From positions 455,527-519,526 of the forward strand of contig JAAOMT010000439.1 of NCBI GenBank assembly GCA_016748015.1: a stretch of DNA of 64,000 nucleotides, written 5' to 3'. The position numbers and the translations under genes are program-made. A model generated the notes under the pieces. The model searched no databases and was not told the DNA's origin. It saw only the letters and a program-made list of their open reading frames with translations. This document shows, in pieces, positions 26,006 to 36,857 of this stretch. This DNA is from Geosiphon pyriformis uo1. Taxonomy: Eukaryota > Fungi > Glomeromycota. The number at the start of each line of letters is the position of its first letter. Position 1 is the stretch's first letter.

Positions 26006-27026
26006 TGTTATCTGAGTAGAAAAACTGATCCAAAGTTATGAAAAAATGTAACCAAAATGTGACATAATACAGAATAATGCGCAATAACATTGGATAATGT
26101 GTTATAACATAGGATAACATATTATAATGCAGAATAACACAGAATAACATGTAATAACGTCAGATAATGTATTATAACATAGAATAACTAGCAATAACAT
26201 AGAAAAACAAAGCAATAACAGAAATAACAAAACAATAGCTAGCAATAGTGAAACAATTAAAAGCAATCCTATAAAACCAAAAGAACATATAAAAACAAGT
26301 AGTTGTAGAAGTTAGAAAAGAGGACAGATAGATACAAACCTTTAGACAAGAATCAAATATCCATACCCCTTTATCATTTATTATCTCCCCTATTTCATCT
26401 TCTGAAATAAACCAATTATTAAAGAAATCAGAATCACGAATTCATGTTCTTAAACTTCATGGAATTTATGTGAATTAACCCTTGTCTCGTACTTTTATTC
26501 TAAGACAGATGCTCTTAGCATAACCATCTCAAATGATTAACGATTTGGACCAATTGCTCTTGATCACAGCAATTAACAATATTAATTTATCTTTCTTTTC
26601 TTTTCTTTTCTTTTTCTTTTTTTTTTCTTTCTTATTTTTTTGTGGAGCAGTAACATAGTAAAATCAACTGTCTAAGAATAGACTTCATGATAGTCTGGTA
26701 AAAGAGGAAAGCTCTCCCTAAGTTTTGGATATTAACATTATCTTGTTAGCTTATCAGAAGGGTGAAAAGACAATGCCAGACCCTAACAACTGCACTCATT
26801 AGCTCAGAAAAGAAAGCTCACATCTATGGAAAATATTGTAATCGACAAAAAACAAACTCTGTGCCTTATAACAAAAGAACTCAATAGGTAAATTCACATT
26901 TAAAAATAAATCTTCAAAGACAAATAATCAAGACTAAGCCAACAGAATTACACAGAAGATGCATCCTCAATAATTGAGAGCACCAAATATTACCAGTTCT
27001 ATTACCCACCAAGTTTACCCTTAACA
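26006..27026 (+). repeat. 5' LTR of element H
   Basis: tgtta...ttaaca followed by tttggtactctctg (PBS); the partner LTR is outside the window. Confidence 0.8.
26061..26260 (+). repeat. 10-bp period tandem array (consensus nnnATAACGY) in U3 of H
   Basis: 14 consecutive 10-mers (26061-26200) carry ataa in the same register, mostly followed by ca/tg/cg; TATAAAA follows at 26270. Confidence 0.9.
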
Positions 27027-27044
27027 TTTGGTACTCTCTGTAAG
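27027..27044 (+). promoter_or_regulatory. Primer-binding site of H
   Basis: tttggtactctctgtaag; with G gives consensus TGGTGCTCTCTGTGAGG, the complement of a tRNA-like 3' end CCTCAC-AGAGAGC-A-CCA. The tRNA isotype was not determined. Confidence 0.8.
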
Positions 27045-27087
27045 ATTATAAATTCACAGAGACAGAGCATCTCAGAGATACACAAAA

Positions 27088-28040
27088 GTGGTGACTATTA
27101 GAACAATAAGAAAAGACCACTCTTCATATGGAAGAGCACTATTTCAATATTTTTGAAAAGATTTAAGAATACCAGCAGAAACTACCATCACAGAAAGTAA
27201 CTTTTACAACTATATCAACACAAAAATCAACTGCTTGTTAGGCCGCACAATGGACACAGGAAGACTTGGAAAACAAATTCATCAAAGCTTATTAAAATAC
27301 TTAACAACTACCACTACTTGAGCGATTGCTGAAACCCTATACATAGTTGATACAGACATTAAACACTATGTAACAAAACAATTCCCTTAAGTACAACAAC
27401 CAGTAGAATCTGATTTGGAGGAATATAAATATGGATCTAATAATCTCACAACTGCCCAAGACAAATCCACAGTCAACAAGAAATCAAGGATCCTCTTCCC
27501 AACAACTCCATCATACTATCAGACATTCCAAAGTAGAATTGTATTCAACCCATCCCCAAAAACCCAGTCAGAAACACCACAAACTCTTGGAAATCCACAC
27601 CCTTGAAATCAACACAATTGGACCAAATCACTAGGAGAATATGAATTGCTGTTTGGAAATCTTACTCCAGCAGCCAGTCAAACAGAAGGAAACATGTCAA
27701 CTTGAAAACAGCCACCAGCACAAAACCTAGCAGAATCAGCATCTCCCCTGACAGAAAAAACAGCTATTTTACAACTTATTGGTTCAAGTGACAAAGGAAA
27801 ACAACCAACATTAGCACCCAGAGAACACTCGAATATGTGGACACCAATCCTTTTAAACATAACCAGTAACACCCTACCCATTAACTGGATCATGGCTTAC
27901 TGGGATATTGCTAAATTGGAGAAATTTTCTGGTGAAGAAGATAATGCATATTTGTAGATTGTGGAAGCCGAGAAAGCAATCACCGCCAATAACTGAGATG
28001 ATGACAGAGTTATTCAAGTGCTGTAATTTTTTCTAACTGG
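27088..28040 (+). pseudogene. gag: H gag, N-terminal part
   Basis: aaaaGTG start aligns with the G gag N-terminus; capsid start MAYWDIAKLEKFSGEED at 27892. Confidence 0.8.
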
Positions 28041-28944
28041 TGTTACCAGACGAAATTAGAGATATCATTGAGCATGAAACTATCTTATAATTCCTATCAT
28101 TAATTAGCATATATTATCAATTCAAATTATCACTTATTACATTAGCAAAAAATGTCCGAAATTATCATTTAATTAATAACCCAAATTGTACACAACACAA
28201 ATGTAACCTAATTGCAATAATCAATCATGCAATACCCTGAACTATGTAATATTCAAAAGTTTGCCGAAATGTATTTTTAGTTCAGTGAAATTGTAGAAAA
28301 TAGCAAAGTTCAAATTCATAGAATAGTGTTACAACAAGTTGTATAAAAAGAAGAGCTTCTCTCTTCGAGAAAATATATCTTATTTTAGTTTTATCACTTA
28401 GAACCATTCCTACACACACAAAAAGAAATAAATATCAAATAATTCAAAAAACCAAATTTTTTTTATTATTTGCACTTGGAAAATCCCCAAGAACCCAACT
28501 AACATTTTAAAATTGATTAGCTACCAATTTCAGTAAACTGTTAGTGACTCCAGGCCTGGATTGAAAACGTTTCTCTTGACAGAATTTCATTTCTTTTACA
28601 TCTTTTTATTTTTTTCTTTTATTTTCTTACTATAATCATTAGGGTAGCCTACAGACAAGATTTCTGTAGAAGAGTTGACTTTCACAGCAAAGTAACTATA
28701 CATTTTAGTGAGCTTCCAGACAAGCAATTCCTGGGAAAGAGTTGACATTTACTACAACGTAACTACATAAAGTAACTGACACAAAATTGGCCATTCCACT
28801 TATAAGCCCAGCAATTCAAATTATAGGAGATAATTTGAAGATAAATTCAGTTACTGGAGGTTCAACCACATCCAGAAAACGTGAATTCACAGCAAACAAG
28901 CATCGACAACATTTAAGAAAAGAGACCAAAAACCTCCGATAACA
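28041..28944 (+). repeat. 5' LTR of copy E
   Basis: tgttacc...gataaca; lacks about 80 bp of the U3 repeat array relative to the 3' LTR. Confidence 0.94.
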
Positions 28945-28989
28945 TTTGGTGCTCTTCCATGGAAATAACACAGCAACAACAAATTCAAA

Positions 28990-31900
28990 GTGGCGACCAC
29001 CTCAGACATCACAACCTTAGAGTACTATTATCAATCAATTTATACATACTGCAAACAACAATTTGAAATACATGATGGAATCATAGCTTTCAAGAAAACA
29101 CTTTTTCAATACATCGAAAATCGAATCAATGACTACCTCTTTGGAAACTATAACATTACAACAGTTAAAAGAGATCTTCTTGAGAACATACTACACTATT
29201 CCAACACTGAATCAGAAAACATTAGTGCTGAAGCTTGCGCTACTTATTTTGAAGAACTTGATTATAATATCATTCGATTCTGTGAAGAAAAATATCTTGC
29301 AAACGCACAATTTGTTTTTGAACTCAAATCTGAACCTGAAACCAGTAGCAACAAAAGACAAAGAGATAACCGACCTGTTCACACAACACCCATTACTCCC
29401 AAAATATCATTCAAACATTTACAAACACCTGAACAAGGAACCAGTTCAAAACTTCCACTTACTATCACACTTTTTCCAGCTTCACTTGCACAAGCACAAA
29501 CACCTAATTCACTCTTAAATCGATTTACAAGACCAAAAGATTTTACATCACTCAGAAGTCCCACCAGACAACAAAAACCCCTTCAAACTAGTTCCAATCT
29601 CCTTGATTTTCTAGCTAAAAATCAAAGTGAACACTCTGAGACAGCAGCAAACGAAGAAAACAACTCTGAAATAACTGAAGAAGAATCAATAAACAGTGAA
29701 AAGGAAGAAGACAAAATGACAACATACATTGCAAAAATCCCTGAATTCAATGGAGAAGATATTGAGACCAGTCCCCAAAAATGGCTTGACCAAGTTACTA
29801 AAGCTGGAGATGCAAATGGATGGAATGCTGCCAGAATATTAAGAACAATTCCCTACTTTCTTAAAGAAACAGCAGGAGAATGGTTTGAAAACTTGGCCAC
29901 CCCATTCAATGATTGGAACACTTTCAAAGCAGCCTTCCTTGAACAGTTCACCAACAATAACACCTCCATCACTCTTTGCAATCGTTTTCAAAATATCAAA
30001 CAAGAACCCTCCGAATCCATTATGACTTATATTGGGAAATTTAACAAACTTCTCAGACAAATTCACCAACTCGAGACAAACAATTATTATTCTGATGCTC
30101 AAATCTTGGATCAATTTATTGCTGGTCTAAAAGATAAACTAATTAAAAAGGTTTGCATACATGCGCCAGAAGATTTAAACTCTGCCATACAGCATGCAAA
30201 AAGATATGAAATGGCCATGGAAGAGGCCAATTGCACAAAAATTGTAAATTTGGCAATTGGAGAAACCAGCTCAGCAGCCAAGGAAAAAATTGACCAACTC
30301 ACAAAGAAGGTTGAAAACTATTTCACCAATCAACAACAACAGCAACCCCAAAGATATTAATCATCCCAAAAACGAAATCAAAATAACTTTGCACCACTTT
30401 CTAATAACCAGCCTCAGAATTGCCATTACTGTGGAATCCCTGGCCACTGGAAAAGAGATTGCAGAAAGCTACAATGAGACCAACAAAATAGGAGTAATCA
30501 ACGTTACTCTTCACCACAGCAATCTTATTATTAACCACCACCACCAGCTTACTATCCACCAAGACTCCAATACCAAAATAACTATCATCAGCCTGCCCCA
30601 CAGTCATACCAACAACTACTTACACAACATTATCAAGTACCTGCTCGAAGACTGCTTACACAAAATCAATTCACACCACAAAACTAATACCAAGCAAACA
30701 ACAATAGAATCAGTTCGAACAACCAATTGGTTTCCTGAAATACCATTCAACCAAAACCCAACCACTACCACACTCAACCCAGTTATTTAACAATGCTGGA
30801 AGAACAGGATTTTCACCATACTGCACTCTTGGAAGGTAGAGCTGCAGCACAACAACAACAAAACTCTTCCTATACTCCCACCACAATCCCACCAGCCAGA
30901 ATCGCTGAAAACGCTAACCTTTCAGATATATTTTCTTTTAAGTTCGAAGCAAATGAGTTACCATTTCTGCTTAGCAATACAGCTGCCAATAAACAAAAAG
31001 CAATCATGGCCATGTACACTGAAGCCGAAGTCGAAAGAAAGACAATTTGCTTGATCCTAGACAGTGGATCTGCTGGAAGCATTATCACCTACCAGTTAAT
31101 ACAACAGTTGAAAAGAAATGTTAACCGACCAGCTCAAACAGTAATTGTCACTGCTGATGGCATGAAAAAGACCCCAGTAGGAGAAATTGACAATTTTCCG
31201 TTCACTCTTGATGGAATCACCATTCCAGTCAAAGTTCTTGTAATGGATGCACTCCAATACCAAGCTCTCATCAGAAATGATTGGCTTCAAAAAGCCAATG
31301 CTAATCTGAATTGGGAAACACAAGAGTTAACAATCTCCTACCAAGGACAACATGCCTGGGTACCTGTCATTTGTGGCACATTCAACAAATGCTCTAAAAA
31401 AGCCCCGGCTTTTGAATTTGAACTGGAAGAGGAAAAACCCTTTATTGAAACATTCATGGCTCTTAGATCAATGTCCAACTGGGCTGATGAAACAGAACAA
31501 GAACATTTTACCCTGTACTCTGAACCCGAAACCTCTGAATGGAATATACCTTACTCAAAACCCGAACCAAGAAAACAACGCCCCTATATTCCCCTTAAAT
31601 GTAAAGACTGCCACAAGAAACTATTGTCAATGGGGGCCTGCATTTCACCCAAAAAAGAATATGAAAATCATACTTGTTATTACTGCAAGGCTTGCCACAA
31701 AAAATGATGGGGCCATCTAATAAAAAAGAGTGGAAAATGGAACAACACCCCTTGTTTGACTTGTGGAGATATGCTACCGGAAGAATGCAATTAGATTAAT
31801 GTAGCCATGAGAGGAGAAGTCTGCGATCAGACCTGCCAATATGCTTTATCAATTTCAGAAAAAGTAAAAAGAGGAACACCCTTTAATGCAGCATACAACA

Positions 31901-34592
31901 GTGCTCTCAACAAACTTTATTACTACTCCCATAATGCTGAAATGATTTTTGACCTAGAAATGGCATTAATTAATGGAGCTACCAAAGAAGATGTTCGCCA
32001 AATGAAGGAAGCAGAATACATTGAATACACCATGGAATTAGCTGGATTCAATTACGAAGACGAAGTAGAAGTCTACCACCAAATCACAAGTCACTCCTAC
32101 CCAACCCAAGAAGCTCAAATTCAATGATTAGAGCAAATGAACATTAGGCTATGTAAAGAATATATTATGCCTTGTGATGAACAGTGGTGTCCTGAATGCT
32201 ACGCTCTTAGCATTCCCTTGCTCAGCGAAAATGATGAATATGAAATTGAATTCGGAGAACTTGAAGCGACAGAAGAAATTGAGACAACACCCATTTATCT
32301 CATCGAAAATCAGCCTGCTTTACAACTCAAATATTTCAACAACAATGGACAAAGAATAAAACCAGAAAAAGCCCACGAGATCGATGCTGGATATGATTTA
32401 AGATATCCAGAAAAAGATACTCTTACTCTCAAATCCAAATTTCTTACAAAAATCAACCTCAAAATTGCCCTCAAAATCCCATCAGGAGCAATGGTTCAAA
32501 TTGCTTCTCAATCATCCTTGGCAAGCAAAGGAATCAATGTTAAAGGAGAAATCATCAATGCTGGATATACAGGAGACATCACAGTCATGTTACAAAATGA
32601 AACTGATAAACCTTTTAAAATTGGATATGCTGAAAAAATTGCTCAAGCTATCTATCTACTCTTAATCAACATTTTGGGTTTACAATTAATTAATCAAAGA
32701 GAACAGTTGGGAAAAAGCGAAAGAGGAACACAAGGTTTTGGTTCAACTGGACATTTCACAGTTCCAGTAAACATAGCTCTCAATGAACAGAAAGAATCTC
32801 ACCAGATTTTACAACTTCCACAATCAATTACCATTTTACCCTTTGGAGAACACCCTGAAATTTACATTTGTGAAAAGCCAACAATCACACAACAAATTTT
32901 TGAATCAAACAAACAAATCCGCTTGAAACATAATATCTTAATCCCAAATATTATATTCCAGAAGGAACAAAGAAAGTCTGAGTTACTTTTTACAATTCCA
33001 ACAATTATCCCATAGTTTTATTAAATAACTTAGAAATTGGAATCATTCACAGCAACATATTTCAACAAGAATTACCCCAAACAGTCCCTGATTTTTCTGA
33101 AATTATTGAACATTCACTACCAAAAATCAATCCAAATCCCAGCTCTGAAAACTACCATGTTGTCATAGAAAAACTATCTCGAATTAACATGGGACAACTT
33201 GAACCACAACAACAGACCCAGCTCAAAGAACTAATTGCAAAATTTGCTAATATCTTCATTGAAAACAACAATGACTTAGGAAGAACCAATTTGGTCCAAT
33301 ACCAAATTTATACAGGAGATGCCAAACCAAGAAGACAACAAGCATATCGAGTTGCTCCAGAAAGCCACCAATTTATCCGAGAAGAAATACAATGGATGCT
33401 TAACAATGGGCTTATCCAATTATCAATGAGTCCATGGGCCTCACCAGTGGTCCTAGTTAAAAAGAAGAATGGAAAGATACGATTTTGTGTTGATTATTGA
33501 CAACTCAACAGTGTTATCATTGAGGATGCTTACCCTCTTTCGCAAATCGATGACATGTTAGATGCCCTTGGAAAATCTAAATACTTTTCAACATTAGACC
33601 TAGAAAGCGAATACTGGCAAGTTGCTATGGATCCCAAGGATCGCCCCAAAACAGCATTCACAACACAAAGAGAAAACTACGAATTCAATGTAATGCCCTT
33701 TGGATTATGCAATGCGCCAGCAACATTCCAAAGACTCATGAATGTTGTATATGCTGGACTCCTTTGGAAATCAGTAGTTGTCTATCTTGATGACACTGAT
33801 GTTTATTCTCCATCTTTTGGACTTTATTTAATTCACCTGCAAAAAGTTTTTCAATGATTATGTAGAGCAGGATTAAAACTAAACATTGAAAAATGCTATT
33901 TTGGAAAAACAAGTTTGGCTTTTCTTGGTTACATAGTTAGTGAAGAAGGAGTCAAACCAGATCCAGGAAAAATCAGTGCTGTTAAGAACTTCAAAGTTCC
34001 ACGAAATACTACAGAACTAAAAGGATTCATAGGATTAGCATCCTACTATCAAAAGTTTATTAAAGGATTCTTGGAAATTGCAAAACCCCTCAACCAGCTC
34101 ACCACCAAAAACGTGGAATACAAATGGACTACCGAACACCAAAAAGCTTTTGAAATTCTCAAGGAAAAACTGACAACAGCCCCAATCCTCGCCTACCCAA
34201 ATTTCAGCAACTGATTTCGACTAGCTACAGATGCTTCATATACTGTCTTTGGTGCCATCTTATCACAACTAGATGACAATAGAAATGAGCAAGTAATTGC
34301 TTATGCTAGCAGAACATTAAAACCAGCTGAGAAAAACTACCCTGCCACAGAACTAGAAACAGCAGCCGTAATTTGGGCTCTACACCACTTCAATCTTTAT
34401 CTCAGGCCTAAAAAATTTGATATTATCACTGATAATATTGGACTCAAATAGCTTCAGAACAAAAATACTTAGCTGAATGCAAAACAAATCCGATGGACAG
34501 GATTTCTAGCAAATTATCAATACATAGTACATCACAAACCAGGAAAACTCCACACCAATGTTGATTGTCTCTCCAGAATGAGACAAGATTAG
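28990..34592 (+). pseudogene. pol: Copy E ORF1 (Gag-CCHC-PR-Cys-rich domain-dUTPase-RT-RNase H)
   Basis: ORFs at 28990, 30793, 31807 and 32137 share one frame; LILDSGS, DAGYDL, RGTQGFGSTG, VVVYLDD, IAYASR; ends SRMRQD-TAG at 34590-34592. Confidence 0.92.
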
Positions 34593-34641
34593 AAAACAAA
34601 AACCAACACTCAACTTAATCAACCAAAAGAGCCAACAAACA

Positions 34642-36025
34642 ATGAATTCAGAAAACTACAACAATCTCAAACAATATTTGGAAACATTAACAATCCCAAC
34701 AGATTGGTCTCCAGATAAAAAACATCAACTACAACAACAAGCCAAACAATATTTTCTACACAACAACATTATTTATCATCAAAATTTCAAAAACCCAGAC
34801 AAACCACTCAGACTAATACAAGAACAGAAAAAAGAGACCATATTATACAACATGCACTCAAATCCTTCATCAGCACACTTCGGAAAAAATAGCACCACTC
34901 AAAGAACACTAGAATACTACTTTTGGCCTCGAATAAAAAAAGACATTCACGAATATGTCAAATCTTGTGATAGTTGTCAAAGAAGAGAAGGAACATGTCC
35001 TACTGAACCATTAAATCCAATCAAAGTTGGACAACCCTTTGACCGAGTTGGTATCAATTTAGTCAGACCATTATCTATCACCACTCAAGGAAACCATTAT
35101 ATTGTAGTAGCTGTAGACTATCTTACTAAATGGCCCGAAGCCAGAGCCATTCAACGAGCAGATACAAAATCAGCAAATTTCATCTACAAAGACATCATTT
35201 GTAGACATGGATGTCCAATTAAACTTTTATCTGATCAGGGAACACATTTTGTGAACAACCTAATACAAGAAATTTGCGAATGATTCAATGTCAAAAGACC
35301 TCTGTCTTTACCCTACCATCCACAAACAAACGGACTTATGGAACATTTTAACAGAACATTGTGTAAGTCATTAGCCAAAGTCTCAACCAATTTTGAGCAA
35401 GAATGAGATATCTTTATTCCATCAGTGTTACTAGCATATAGAACACTAAAACAAGATACCACAAAACACACACCATTTGATTTAACTTACGGAAGGACAA
35501 CAATGCTACCAATTAAGTTCACAGTGGAAACATACCCAGCACAATCAATCAATAAAAACAATTTTCAGGAAACACTTCAACGAAGAGCTTACACTCTGCT
35601 TAGCACGTTGGAAAGAAAATGACAAATAGCAGTCACCCATATTGAAAACTCCCAAGCTCAACAAAAAGAACGGTATGATGACAAATTGCCTTCAGTCACC
35701 AATAAATTTAAAATCAGAAACAAAGTTCTCTTACACAGAACTAAAGCTAAAAAACAATGGAGTGGGAAATTTGAAAATAAATGGAATGAACTATTCTTTA
35801 TCCATGAAGTTTTAGGCAACAGATTATACAAGCTAAGACTTGATAACAAAATTCTAGCAAAAGTTGCACATGGAGATCGTTTGAAACACTATAATTCCAG
35901 AAACAATCCTGAACCATTAAATTCCACAAATTGGTACACATTTTCTTTTAATCAATCCTGAAGATATTTCCTGAAATTTAGAACTAATAGTTGTCATTGA
36001 ACAGCCTCCCAACTTGAACACTTAA
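34642..36025 (+). pseudogene. Copy E integrase ORF
   Basis: ATG 34642; HSNPSSAHFG...CDSC (HHCC), SDQG; C-terminal LELIVVIEQ. Confidence 0.92.
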
Positions 36026-36146
36026 TTTAAATTAATTATTATAGTTATCTTCTTATAATTTAGAAACAATCTCACAAAAACAAAACAAAAATAACATAAA
36101 AACCCATGCACCAAAAATAATTTTCTTTTATTTCAAATTGCTTATA

Positions 36147-36857
36147 ATAACTATTCCTTAAAACATTCAACAATTATTCCAAAAACTAATGTTAGCTTTA
36201 AAAACAATATCCGAATTATTTATTACTTAAACAGAAATAGTTACAAATTTAGCCCCAAATTTATGAAAATATCACCCGTATAAAAAGAACACAAAAAGTT
36301 ATACTGGAATTTACCTGCCAGAACTTTTAAAGCTTGCTTTAAAAGAAAATCTAATGCTCACTCCAATTAGTATTCTACCAAATGCTACAATTCAACAAAG
36401 ACTTCAACTGTGTTTCAATGAGGAAAACACTAAATATCCTCCAATCTATAAATATTTTTACATTAGAAAAACACTCTACGAATGGAAACTGGAACTTACA
36501 ACAGCAAACCTTACAAAAGAAGCTATTCAGAAACAACTCCACAACAAATTCAAAATAACAGCTGGATCAACAAACAGTCACTACAGGCTCAGAGCTGCTC
36601 TTAGACTTTATGACCTATTCCACACCTGTGAAAACATACTACAAAACCCAATTTTTCAACCTTTGAAAATTCAATATATTGGAAAGCTCACAGAACTGAA
36701 ATTTCAACAATTTTCAGACCAAATTTCTTCAATAATTTTGGATTATTATCTGGAAATAACAAACAGTACTTGGACTTTGACGGAGCTCAGTCTTGAGGAG
36801 GAGGTTATGTTACCAGACGAAATTAGAGATATCATTGAGCATGAAACTATCTTATAA
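36147..36857 (+). pseudogene. Copy E ORF3
   Basis: 167-aa open part 36354-36857; upstream part has stops and a deletion; ends inside the 3' LTR. Confidence 0.82.

Noticed and set aside
26061-26260. Tandem arrays in LTRs as CRISPR-like or satellite repeats
   Set aside because: Units are 9-20 bp with no unique spacers of CRISPR size, there are no cas genes, and the arrays are integral U3 parts.
26976-26994. gagagcaccaaatattacc, identical to the PBS/LTR junction of copy A; looked like a remnant of an antisense insertion
   Set aside because: No LTR or gag homology on either side; it is positioned to pair with H's own PBS, and G and E have equivalents.
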